Notes: generated by a model not told the origin, from the sequence alone. A DNA stretch of 64,000 bases from an uncultured Pseudohongiella sp. (GCA_965198435.1 OZ240664.1:966675-1030674), one strand, 5' to 3'; positions 1-8,714 are shown, counted from the first letter of the stretch. Program-made: numbers and translations.

Positions 1-23
1 ACATTAATGCATGTATTTCTTTG

Positions 24-311
24 CTAGTCGTGAGTCAATGGCCTGGTGGTAAACAGAAAATCCTTAAGTTCCTTATTAAATGTTGAATCCTGACGTCGTA
101 TCCATTCCAGAACCATAGCCGCATGCTCTTTTTCTTCATCACGATTGTGCTCAAGAATAGATTTGAGCTCGGGGTTCTTACAAGCATCGACACGCTGGTT
201 GTACCAGTCTACTGCTTCCAGTTCTTCCATCAGTGAGGTAATGGCGCGATGCATATCCCGTGTTTCATCGCTGAGTTCTTCGATTGGTTCGTGATAGCCT
301 TCATTTGCCAT
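24..311 (-). CDS. encapsulated-ferritin (EncFtn)-like ferritin-like protein
   Basis: 95-aa ORF. HEPIEEL..MEELEAVDWYNQRVDA..HNRDEEKEHAAMVLEWIRR closely matches the EncFtn family as I recall it from Rhodospirillum rubrum. AAGGAG lies 6 nt upstream of the ATG (318-323, minus strand). Confidence 0.7.
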   Translation of the reverse strand: MANEGYHEPIEELSDETRDMHRAITSLMEELEAVDWYNQRVDACKNPELKSILEHNRDEEKEHAAMVLEWIRRQDSTFNKELKDFLFTTRPLTHD

Positions 312-331
312 ATGCTACTCCTTTTTCTTAG

Positions 332-471
332 GGAACCTCTGGTTAATTACCTACGTTGTTATTGCTGCGTTAAAAATCAGCTCAAAATGCGCATTTATGA
401 CCTATAAGCTGCGCTTTTTCGCTGACTTTTGCCTTGCACTAACTGCCTCGCAAACATTAATCAGAGGCTCC
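332..471 (+). mobile_element. MITE-A copy A1 (140 bp, orientation F)
   Basis: GGAACCTCTG..CAGAGGCTCC with a flanking TTAG/TTAG direct repeat. Lies 21 bp upstream of the EncFtn-like start codon. Confidence 0.9.
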
Positions 472-512
472 TTAGTCTGTTTTTAGCATTCTAATCCACA
501 GCAACTCGAACT

Positions 513-734
513 TTAACTGGAAAGCAGCGGGTAGCTTGCAAGCACGTCTCGAAATGTGCGCCTGAACTGAATTTTAGCACTTTCCTCATGCACATATTCA
601 CCAGGCACAACTTGATAAACACGGCTTATTATTCTTCGCCAGATTTCACTGCCAGACTCAGTTTCAGAAATGAGTATGTCGATGATGGCAGCATAGTTTA
701 TCTTAATCTCAGTTGTCATGCTTTCAATTCGCAT
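513..734 (-). CDS. hypothetical small protein (weak)
   Basis: ORF only. No family recognised and the surrounding 472-1130 region looks decayed. Confidence 0.2.
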   Translation of the reverse strand: MRIESMTTEIKINYAAIIDILISETESGSEIWRRIISRVYQVVPGEYVHEESAKIQFRRTFRDVLASYPLLSS

Positions 735-1130
735 AAACGGATCGATGTCTTACTGATCACTGCACAAATTCACAGGGTTGTAATTCAGCATCACTGGAAT
801 ATCGTTGGTTTTATCATTTCGCGTAACACTCTTCTCCAGGAAAGCAGCATCAAATTTGGCAACGAGATAATCCTCGAGAGAATTAGGACTATCGTTCGCG
901 GTAAGCCTGTAGCTTGTGTAGGAAGCATAGCTCTCCGGACAACAAAGAAGTTAGATCAGCACTGATCCGGCCTGCATTTGTATTACAAGCAGCTATAGAA
1001 AAATAAGCCTGATAAAAGTAATAAGCGACCTTTCAATAGGGCACCTCTGTATCTGATGTATCTGAAAATATGTGCTCCCTTATTACATTCTAAAGTGAGG
1101 CGATATTTACATATTGACCCAGCTTAAACA

Positions 1131-1715
1131 TTAACGACCTATCGTTTTGCGCATTTGTTCAGCCAATTCTGGATTACTGCCCTGGGCGAGCTGATCAATG
1201 ACGTTTAATCGGTCTGCAAGTGGCCGATTTTGGCTTAGTTTATATTTACACTGAATACTATCGACTTCAATCTCTACCCCAACGATTGCACTCAACATTT
1301 TTAAATCGAATTCACTATCCCATGAGGGGCTGCGCCCTTGTTCATAATTTGAGCTAAGGGTTTTCACCAGCTCCAGCAACCGATCTTTTTCTGTAAAGCA
1401 GCGCGCAACACCTGATATGTGTACTGCTTGATAGTTCCAGGTGGGAACGCCTGGGTTTTCATACCAGGTTGGACTTATATAGCTATGATTTCCAGGAAGA
1501 ACAATTAAGACTTTCTGCCCGTCCAGGTTCTGCCATTGCGGATTAGCTTTCGCCAGGTGCGCTTGAATCAGATTTTCAGAGGCGCGATTGAATGGCAGAT
1601 GCGTAGCAAAGGGTAAGCCATTTACTTGTGAAATAAGGATGCCGAAATCGTTTCTCTGGATAAACTCATCAATTTCAGCGGTGTCATTAACCGCGAAATG
1701 GTGGGGGACAAACAT
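1131..1715 (-). CDS. PaiB-family FMN-binding negative transcriptional regulator
   Basis: 194 aa. The N-terminus MFVPHHFAVNDTAEIDEFIQRNDFGILIS is typical of the PaiB family. Confidence 0.7.
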   Translation of the reverse strand: MFVPHHFAVNDTAEIDEFIQRNDFGILISQVNGLPFATHLPFNRASENLIQAHLAKANPQWQNLDGQKVLIVLPGNHSYISPTWYENPGVPTWNYQAVHISGVARCFTEKDRLLELVKTLSSNYEQGRSPSWDSEFDLKMLSAIVGVEIEVDSIQCKYKLSQNRPLADRLNVIDQLAQGSNPELAEQMRKTIGR

Positions 1716-1766
1716 ATCATATTCCGAATACTGTGATTGGGTTGCTGCTTCGTTGCTGTGACTGCG

Positions 1767-2540
1767 TCATTTCACAAACTCAAAGAAGCGGTTCGTCGTT
1801 GCGCTGCCATCTGCATCGAAATTCTGTTCATTGAATCGTACTCTTCCAGACGATTCCATAATAACCGCAGTGGAGCAACGGGTACCATACTCTCTCCGGG
1901 TGTTATGTATGAATGCTGCGGATAGTTCACGTTCCAGTTCCATAGGCACTCCTGTCTGCGGCAGTTCTGCATCTTGCGCTTGCTGGGTATCACCCATCAT
2001 CGCGATAAGAGCGTCTGTGCTTAATTGCTCCGGTGATTGAACCAGCGTTTCCAGTTTCAATCGGCTACGCACTACTTTGGGCCAATCGTTGTTCAGTAGA
2101 CCATTAGACAATCCATAAATCCCTGGCTCCAGTTGCCGCGTGACAGCCTCGAAGTTATTCACGTAGTACATCGATTCACTGTCGCTAACGATCAAATTGA
2201 ACCCAGCGAATTGATCTAGCTTTAGACTTTCTGCATAGTCTGCAGCCGATTGCCCTGATTGTAAGAAATCCAAGGTCAATTCTCCTCGTGAACGGGGTTT
2301 CTGTTCGGGTTGAGATGGATCTCGGATATTGGTTACTGCGGCAAATCTCCCGGCGCGATTGATACCAAGCCAGGTACCACCAGCCTGCAAATCCTTGCCT
2401 GCCAATACCTGCGTGGTGCCAGCATTGTCAGCCCAGAAATCTGCATGTTGGGTAGGTCGGGGGAAGAATTCGTCCCGATTTGCTGCCAGCACCAGTGGAT
2501 AAGCAGTTACAGCCTGATGGGCGAAAACGATAAGACACAT
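1767..2540 (-). CDS. NRDE (TANGO2/DUF833) family protein
   Basis: 257 aa. Has the MCLIVFA N-terminus and the AANRDEF motif characteristic of the NRDE family. Confidence 0.75.
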   Translation of the reverse strand: MCLIVFAHQAVTAYPLVLAANRDEFFPRPTQHADFWADNAGTTQVLAGKDLQAGGTWLGINRAGRFAAVTNIRDPSQPEQKPRSRGELTLDFLQSGQSAADYAESLKLDQFAGFNLIVSDSESMYYVNNFEAVTRQLEPGIYGLSNGLLNNDWPKVVRSRLKLETLVQSPEQLSTDALIAMMGDTQQAQDAELPQTGVPMELERELSAAFIHNTRREYGTRCSTAVIMESSGRVRFNEQNFDADGSATTNRFFEFVK

Positions 2541-2541
2541 T

Positions 2542-2778
2542 AGGGCCTGTTCACACTAATTGAGTGGCCTCTGCTAGAGGGCATTTTTGCGTTCAGCAAG
2601 GCAGAAAGAGTGCCGTATATAAATATATAAACGATTGATAACGAAGCTGGGCGCAAAAAAGCGCCACTTGTCGTTGCTCGTCGCTCATTCGGAATCACCA
2701 AACTACGCCCCTCGCCGCGCCTCAATTGGCGCTTTTTTAGTCTCAACAGAGATCACTCCATTAGTGTGAACAGGCCCT
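2542..2778 (+). mobile_element. MITE-B copy B1 (237 bp)
   Basis: Terminal inverted repeats AGGGCCTGTTCACACTAAT / ATTAGTGTGAACAGGCCCT (19 bp perfect, about 36 bp imperfect). The left end abuts the ATG of the NRDE gene. Confidence 0.85.
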
Positions 2779-2902
2779 GGTTAAATGGTAGCGGTTAATT
2801 TCCTGCGGTTGAAGCAAACTTGATATACTGGACGGAAATTTTAAACCATTATTGAGCCTTTATCGTGTTCCTGGCACGCTCTTTAGCCCAGCCAATCAGT
2901 TG

Positions 2903-3703
2903 ATGCTGACCTATCCTCAATTTGATCCCGTCGCATTATCACTCGGACCAATAAACATTCATTGGTACGGGATCATGTATATCATCGCTTTTGGCGGTGC
3001 CTGGGTATTGGCATCCTATAGAGCCAAAAGAGTTGAAGAATCCTGGACCTCTGAACAAATCTCCGATCTCGTGTTCTATGGCGCTTTGGGAGCAGTGCTT
3101 GGAGGACGACTAGGATCAGTCTTTTTTTATAACTTTGGTCAGTTTCTCAACGATCCCCTGTGGTTGTTTCGTGTCTGGGAAGGTGGGATGTCTTTTCATG
3201 GGGGCTTTCTGGGTGTTCTGGTCGCACTCTACTTTTACACCTGCAGTATCAATAAAGATTACTGGCGCACAATTGATTTTATTGCGCCACTCGTACCGTT
3301 CGGTTTAGGTGCGGGTCGTTTAGGTAACTTTATAGGCGGAGAGCTTTGGGGTAAGCCAACCGAAGTAGCGTGGGGCATGGTTTTTCCCCATGTTGACCAA
3401 CTGCCGCGTCACCCTTCACAGTTGTATGAAGCTGCCTTTGAAGGTGTGGCTCTTTTTATCATTGTGTGGTGGTTTTCATCAAAGCCCAGACCAAGATTGG
3501 CAGTTTCAGGTGTGTTCGCTGTGGGTTATGGGTGTTTCAGATTTCTTATTGAATTCTTCCGCGAGCCGGATGGTCATATCGGCTATATCGCTTTCGATTG
3601 GTTAACTATGGGCCAGGTGCTTTCTGCACCGCTCATAATTGTGGGTGTAGTGTTTCTGCTCTTGGCTTATCAACAGCCGGATTCGGTTGCTGACACCCGG
3701 TAA
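2903..3703 (+). CDS. lgt: prolipoprotein diacylglyceryl transferase
   Basis: MLTYPQFDPVALSLGPINIHWYGIMY resembles the E. coli Lgt N-terminus. I chose the ATG at 2903 over the TTG at 2852 used by the ORF track. Confidence 0.9.
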   Translation: MLTYPQFDPVALSLGPINIHWYGIMYIIAFGGAWVLASYRAKRVEESWTSEQISDLVFYGALGAVLGGRLGSVFFYNFGQFLNDPLWLFRVWEGGMSFHGGFLGVLVALYFYTCSINKDYWRTIDFIAPLVPFGLGAGRLGNFIGGELWGKPTEVAWGMVFPHVDQLPRHPSQLYEAAFEGVALFIIVWWFSSKPRPRLAVSGVFAVGYGCFRFLIEFFREPDGHIGYIAFDWLTMGQVLSAPLIIVGVVFLLLAYQQPDSVADTR

Positions 3704-3731
3704 TACAAACAGTTAAATTCCATCAACTTTA

Positions 3732-3871
3732 GGAGCCTCTGATTAATGTTTGCGAGGCAGTTAGTGCAAAGCAAAAATCAGCGAAAAAGCGCAGTTTATA
3801 GGTCATAAATGCGCATTTTGAGCTGATTTTTAACGCAGCAATAACAACGTAGGTAATTAATCAGAGGTTCC
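3732..3871 (-). mobile_element. MITE-A copy A2 (140 bp, orientation R)
   Basis: GGAGCCTCTG..CAGAGGTTCC with TTTA/TTTA flanks. Lies between lgt and thyA, both on the plus strand. Confidence 0.9.
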
Positions 3872-3896
3872 TTTATTTAGTTTTAGATAGGGTTTC

Positions 3897-4748
3897 ATGT
3901 ATCAATATCTGGCTCTCTGTCAGCGCATAGTTAACGAAGGCGTCTGGGTTGAAAACGAACGAACTGGTAAGAAATGTCTGACAGTTGTTAATGCTGATCT
4001 GACTTATGACGTTGCCAATAATCAGTTTCCAATAATTACAACTCGCAAGAGCTATTGGAAAGCGGCTATAGCCGAACTATTGGGTTACTTGCGAGGCTAT
4101 GACAATGCAGCTGATTTTCGTGAACTTGGCACCAGATCCTGGGATGCTAACGCTAATCAAAATGAAGCCTGGTTAAAAAATCCTGTGCGTAAAGGTGATG
4201 ACGATATGGGCCGAGTCTATGGTGTGCAGGGAAGGAGTTGGCAAAAGCCCGATGGATCTACTATCGATCAGTTACAAAAAATTGTCGATAACCTGCAGCG
4301 TGGTATTGATGACCGCGGAGAAATATTAACATTTTATAACCCCGGGGAATTCGATCTAGGCTGCCTCAGGCCATGTATGCACACCCATAATTTCTCTTTG
4401 CTGGGAGACACGCTGTTCTTGACCAGTTATCAGCGCTCCTGTGATGTGCCTTTGGGACTGAACTTCAACCAAATACAGGTCTTTACATTGTTGGCTTTGA
4501 TGGCGCAGATTATCGGTAAAAAACCAGGCATGGCTTATCACAAGATCGTGAATGCCCACATCTACGAAGATCAACTGGCGTTAATGGAAGCCGTGCAACT
4601 CAAGCGTGAGCCTTTTGATCCACCGCAACTGCATATCAATCCAGATATAAAATCATTGGAAGACTTGGAGATCTGGGTAACTCTGGATGATTTTAGTGTT
4701 GAAGATTATCAACACCACGACCCTATCGCTTACCCGTTTTCTGTTTAA
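3897..4748 (+). CDS. thyA: thymidylate synthase
   Basis: 283 aa with conserved ThyA motifs (RSx[12 protein letters not shown]-type active-site Cys region). Confidence 0.95.
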   Translation: MYQYLALCQRIVNEGVWVENERTGKKCLTVVNADLTYDVANNQFPIITTRKSYWKAAIAELLGYLRGYDNAADFRELGTRSWDANANQNEAWLKNPVRKGDDDMGRVYGVQGRSWQKPDGSTIDQLQKIVDNLQRGIDDRGEILTFYNPGEFDLGCLRPCMHTHNFSLLGDTLFLTSYQRSCDVPLGLNFNQIQVFTLLALMAQIIGKKPGMAYHKIVNAHIYEDQLALMEAVQLKREPFDPPQLHINPDIKSLEDLEIWVTLDDFSVEDYQHHDPIAYPFSV

Positions 4749-4772
4749 TGTAATTATGAACAAAGAAGCAAT

Positions 4773-5330
4773 ATGAATCTATCGCTCATCTGTGCCATGG
4801 CTGAGAATCGAGTTATTGGCAAGAACAATAGCTTACCGTGGCATCTACCGCAGGACCTCAGGTACTTCAAAGCAACAACTATGGGGCATTGCATAATTAT
4901 GGGTCGAAAAACCTGGGAATCTATCGGCCGAGCCTTACCAGGTCGAACAAGTATCGTGGTCACGAATCAAGAAGACTATGAAGCGGAAGGCGCGAAAGTA
5001 GTCCACTCATTACCCGATGCTATTCGACTTGCTGAAAGCATCGCTATAATTGACGGCTCTGAGGAAGCATTCGTGATTGGTGGAGCAGGTTTGTATGCAG
5101 CAGCGATTCCTTATGCACAGCGCTTTCACTTAACCCGGATACATGCGGTGGTAGAGGGAGATACTCAGCTTCAAAAATTCGATGAGACTGAATGGACTGA
5201 ACTGAGCAATGAGTATTTCGAAAAAGATGAAGCCAATCCATTTGATTACAGTATCTGCGTACTTGAGCGTCGTCAGCAGCTACAACAGAGCTATAACAGT
5301 GGCGATTCAACCAGTGTTAACAGGCTCTAG
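4773..5330 (+). CDS. folA: dihydrofolate reductase
   Basis: MNLSLICAMAENRVIGKNNSLPWHLPQDLRYFK is a DHFR signature. The short C-terminal extension overlaps the argA stop. Confidence 0.9.
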   Translation: MNLSLICAMAENRVIGKNNSLPWHLPQDLRYFKATTMGHCIIMGRKTWESIGRALPGRTSIVVTNQEDYEAEGAKVVHSLPDAIRLAESIAIIDGSEEAFVIGGAGLYAAAIPYAQRFHLTRIHAVVEGDTQLQKFDETEWTELSNEYFEKDEANPFDYSICVLERRQQLQQSYNSGDSTSVNRL

Positions 5331-6661
5331 CCTAATGCCTTCAGCATTACCTTTGACTTACGCTGTAAGTTGTAAAGCTGCTGCCTGGCCTGCGGCAATG
5401 CATCCACGCTGGATTCCTGATACGCATTTTCCAGGAAGAAATGAGACGCCTCAGTCGTTAGACTGAACAGTCTAGTCAGGCCTTGTCCTTTGGCGGTTTG
5501 CTCCAGGCTTTCCAGCAGTCGTTTACCTAAACCCTTATTTCGATATTCTGGATGGATCGCAATACAGGCTATTTCGCCACTATCTTCGGCAGCGGGATAG
5601 AGTGCCGCGCAGGCGATTACAGTATCTTCCAGCTCTATCACCTGAAAATTTTCAATTTCAGTTTCCAATAACTCGCGTGAGCGTGTAACCAGGGTTCCGG
5701 ATTCTTCCAATGGTTTGATCAGCGCAAGAATTCCACCCACATCTTCTATATTGGCGCTACGCAGGTGATCAATGCTGTCGCTACTGAGTAAGCTTCCTCT
5801 GCCATCCCTGGTGAATAATTCCAGCAACATCGCACCGTTTTCCTTATAGCTAATCAGGTGAGTGCGATGCACGGCACTGGCATTGGCTTTGATGGCGGCA
5901 GCTAAAGCCTTGGCAGTGAACTGTGAATCAGAATCGTGACCAGCCTGCAGCAGATCTAAATAGTGTTGGGCAGTCTGTTCAGTTAGCGCGCTAATCAATG
6001 ATCCGTCTGTATCTGGCACTCCTGTAGTGGGGACCATCAAGATTAACTTATCTGCTTCCAGTGCTATCGCTGCTTCGGTAGCCACTTCGTCTGCGGAAAG
6101 ATTAAATACTTCACCGGTCACTGAGTAACCGAGGTTTGATAACAGCACTATATTACCCGCATCCAGTTGTTGATCGATGGCATCCTTCTGGATCTTTCTC
6201 ACTTTCCCGGTGTAATGAAAATCCGTTCCATCGCGTACGCCAACCGGTTTGCTCATTATAAAATTGCCCCGGCATACATTGATGTTGGAGCCATGCATAG
6301 GTGAATCTCGCAAACCTTTAGAAAACAGTGCTTCGAGTTTGGCACTTAATGCACCTGAAGTGGCAGTAATGGTTTGCATCGCGCTGGCTTCAGTAACACG
6401 CAAGTCCTGACTAAATTCTGTGAACAGGCCAGCCGCTTCCAATGCCACAGAAATTTGGGGGCGCGCACCATGCACAATGACCAGGCGGACTCCCAGGCTT
6501 TGCAACAGGCTGAGGTCAAAAACAATATTGGGAAGGTTATCATCAGCCATGGCTTCACCACTGAGAAATACCACAAAGGTTTTTCCACGATGTGCGTTGA
6601 TATAGGCCGTGGAAGCTCTAAACCAATCAACTATTTGCCTGTCCTGTTTATCGTTTGCCAT
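5327..6661 (-). CDS. argA: amino-acid N-acetyltransferase (N-acetylglutamate synthase)
   Basis: 444 aa with an amino-acid-kinase-like N-domain plus a GNAT C-domain, which is the typical ArgA architecture. Confidence 0.9.
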   Translation of the reverse strand: MANDKQDRQIVDWFRASTAYINAHRGKTFVVFLSGEAMADDNLPNIVFDLSLLQSLGVRLVIVHGARPQISVALEAAGLFTEFSQDLRVTEASAMQTITATSGALSAKLEALFSKGLRDSPMHGSNINVCRGNFIMSKPVGVRDGTDFHYTGKVRKIQKDAIDQQLDAGNIVLLSNLGYSVTGEVFNLSADEVATEAAIALEADKLILMVPTTGVPDTDGSLISALTEQTAQHYLDLLQAGHDSDSQFTAKALAAAIKANASAVHRTHLISYKENGAMLLELFTRDGRGSLLSSDSIDHLRSANIEDVGGILALIKPLEESGTLVTRSRELLETEIENFQVIELEDTVIACAALYPAAEDSGEIACIAIHPEYRNKGLGKRLLESLEQTAKGQGLTRLFSLTTEASHFFLENAYQESSVDALPQARQQLYNLQRKSKVMLKALG

Positions 6662-6677
6662 TTTTTAAATTACTTAA

Positions 6678-6817
6678 GGAACCTCTGATTAATTACCTAC
6701 GTTGTTATTGCTGCGTTAAAAATCAGCTCAAAATGCGCATTTATGACCTATAAACTGCGCTTTTTCGCTGATTTTTGCCTTGCACTAACTGCCTCGCAAA
6801 CATTAATCAGAGGCTCC
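6678..6817 (+). mobile_element. MITE-A copy A3 (140 bp, F)
   Basis: TTAA/TTAA flanks. Lies 16 bp upstream of the argA ATG and 9 bp downstream of the argE stop. Confidence 0.9.
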
Positions 6818-6826
6818 TTAATGCGC

Positions 6827-7981
6827 TTATCGTTCGATACAATTTCGAATGATTAGCTGTTTAACTATACCCACTGCTGGTTTGAGTATATCCAATGAAA
6901 GGTATTCATCCGGTTGATGAGCCTGCTCAATGTGGCCTGGGCCCATAATGATGGTGTCCATTCCAAGCTCTTGCAGATAAGGCCCTTCGGTTCCAAATGC
7001 CACACTGATGCCGCTATGGCCTGTCAGTTCTTCAGCAGTTTTCAGTAACTCACTATTCTCATTAGCAAAGAAAGCTGGCACACCGGTAAATTTCTTTACC
7101 AGTTCAAATTTCAATCCCAGCGGTTTTGCAATTGTTTCAACTCTTTTTTCGATATCGTTGCGCACTGTATCCAGATGCATGCCCGGCATCAACCTGATAT
7201 CAAACTGCAATTCGCAATGCCCACAGATTCGATTGGGGTTATCACCCCCATGAATACTACCCAGGTTAAGGGTAGGGTAGGGAATCTCAAATAGTGGGTT
7301 TTGGTACTTCTGTTTCAACTCTTCTCTGTAAATCATTAGCTCTGAAATGACTGTGTGCATTCCTTCCAATGCATTGCGACCCAGGCTCGGATCAGATGAA
7401 TGTCCACTCTGTCCTGATAATTTTATGGCATCCATCAAAATGCCTTTGTGGGTTTGTACCGGCTTAAGACCTGTAGGTTCACCTATTAGTGCTGCTCTGG
7501 CACGAGGCTTACCCATTTCTGCCAAAGTCTTTGCGCCCTCCATGGAAGTCTCTTCATCTGCGGTAGCAAGAATGATCAGTGGTTCTTTATAGTCTGCTTC
7601 ACCAATTTCTTTGATGGCTTCCATAACAATAGCAAAGAAGCCTTTCATGTCTGTTATGCCGAGGCCCAATAGCTTTCCATCTTGTTCCGTGACGCTAAAT
7701 GGATCAGTAGCCCAAAGATCATTATCGAAAGGCACAGTGTCAGTATGACCAGCCAGTACTAATCCACCCGGGCCACTACCCTTTGTTGCAATCAGATTTA
7801 CTTTTCCTTCAGAAGCGCAAGGGACGACCTCATTGCTAAAGCTCAGGGTCTCAAGTTTTTCGGCGAGGTGTTCGACGATCGACAAGTTACTCATGTCCAA
7901 TTCCGAATTGGTAGAACTCACGCTCGGAATCTGAACGACTTGTTGAAGTCCGCTTATTAAGTCAGGAAACGACTGTAACAT
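6827..7981 (-). CDS. argE: acetylornithine deacetylase
   Basis: 384-aa M20 peptidase-family protein with an ArgE-like sequence (LAGHTDTVP, GEPT). Confidence 0.85.
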   Translation of the reverse strand: MLQSFPDLISGLQQVVQIPSVSSTNSELDMSNLSIVEHLAEKLETLSFSNEVVPCASEGKVNLIATKGSGPGGLVLAGHTDTVPFDNDLWATDPFSVTEQDGKLLGLGITDMKGFFAIVMEAIKEIGEADYKEPLIILATADEETSMEGAKTLAEMGKPRARAALIGEPTGLKPVQTHKGILMDAIKLSGQSGHSSDPSLGRNALEGMHTVISELMIYREELKQKYQNPLFEIPYPTLNLGSIHGGDNPNRICGHCELQFDIRLMPGMHLDTVRNDIEKRVETIAKPLGLKFELVKKFTGVPAFFANENSELLKTAEELTGHSGISVAFGTEGPYLQELGMDTIIMGPGHIEQAHQPDEYLSLDILKPAVGIVKQLIIRNCIER

Positions 7982-8034
7982 TAGAAAAGCCTGTGAATTG
8001 AAAGAAGCAACAGGGAGCCTTTTAGTTGACCTAG

Positions 8035-8174
8035 GGAACCTCTGATTAATTACCTACGTTGTTATTGCTGCGTTAAAAATCAGCTCAAAATGCGCATTTA
8101 TGAGCTATAAACTGCGCTTTTTCGCTGATTTTTGCCTTGCACTAACTGCCTCGCAAACATTAATCAGAGGCTCC
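8035..8174 (+). mobile_element. MITE-A copy A4 (140 bp, F)
   Basis: Flanks are CTAG/CTGG (1 mismatch). Lies downstream of the phhB-like gene. Confidence 0.9.
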
Positions 8175-8207
8175 CTGGGAATCTGGTTGGTGCTGTCAGG
8201 AAAAATC

Positions 8208-8570
8208 CTAAGCGGGTGCAGACAGTTTTGCAATCATGTCGGTTTTGGCGGCCATAATAAAATCATTCACATGAAGGCCATTGATTCGATGCGTCCACCA
8301 GTAGACAGTGACCTTTCCCCATTCTGTGAGGATACCTGGGTGATGATCTTCTCGATCGGCAAGATTAGCGATCTTGTAAGTAAAATTGAAGGCATCTTTA
8401 AATTCCACAAAATGGAATTCACGAATCAGCTTTTCCACGCCGTCGTGAAACTCCCGTTTCCATGCAGGCACTGCTGGAAGAAGTTGATTAGCTTCTTCTT
8501 TTGTCACCACGGGAGCACCTAATCCACAGGGCTCGCAGCGACGCTTATACAATTGTTCTGCATTACTCAA
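8208..8570 (-). CDS. phhB: pterin-4a-carbinolamine dehydratase
   Basis: DHHPGILTEWGKVTVYWWTHRINGLHVNDFIMAAKTD is the PCD signature. The only in-frame start is the TTG at 8570, immediately after an in-frame TAA. Confidence 0.8.
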   Translation of the reverse strand: MSNAEQLYKRRCEPCGLGAPVVTKEEANQLLPAVPAWKREFHDGVEKLIREFHFVEFKDAFNFTYKIANLADREDHHPGILTEWGKVTVYWWTHRINGLHVNDFIMAAKTDMIAKLSAPA

Positions 8571-8574
8571 TTAA

Positions 8575-8714
8575 GGAACCTCTGATTAATTACCTACGTT
8601 GTTATTACTGTGTTAAAAATCAGCTCAAAATGCGCATTTATGCCCTATAAACTGCGCTTTTTCACTGGTTTTTGCCTTGCACTAACTGCCTTGCAAACAT
8701 TAATCAGAGGCTCC
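8575..8714 (+). mobile_element. MITE-A copy A5 (140 bp, F)
   Basis: TTAA/TTAA flanks. The element end is 4 bp upstream of the phhB TTG start. Confidence 0.9.

Noticed and set aside
588-965. The 125-aa plus-strand ORF in the A1-paiB gap.
   Set aside because: No recognisable motifs. It overlaps the opposite-strand ORF 513..734, has no ribosome-binding site and sits in a region that looks decayed.
2540-2746. Small ORFs spanning the MITE-B copies (2540..2746, 15953..16147, 23555..23797).
   Set aside because: They differ in strand, frame and extent between the three copies. The variable core shifts the frame, so no conserved peptide exists.
8100-8174. A conserved ATG-initiated open frame inside MITE-A reads out through the right TIR (M-x-YKLRFFADFCLALTASQTLIRGSL). 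It appears at the start of ORF-track entries 8100..8522, 22226..22432 and 29710..29964. I considered it as a possible small hydrophobic peptide or type I toxin.
   Set aside because: Copy A14 has lost the ATG (ATT). A15 has an in-frame TAA in place of the CAA codon. Other copies carry many non-synonymous changes (T/S/A/P at codon 2, Y to C, R to H, D to G, C to Y, S to L). There is no Shine-Dalgarno site. Because of the orientation lock, this frame lies antisense to the local transcripts. Its conservation is explained by DNA-level identity of a young repeat.
8035-8714. MITE-phhB-MITE as a composite transposon.
   Set aside because: The outer flanking tetramers differ (CTAG on the left of A4, TTAA on the right of A5). 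Each copy instead has its own matching or near-matching duplication, which indicates two independent insertions.
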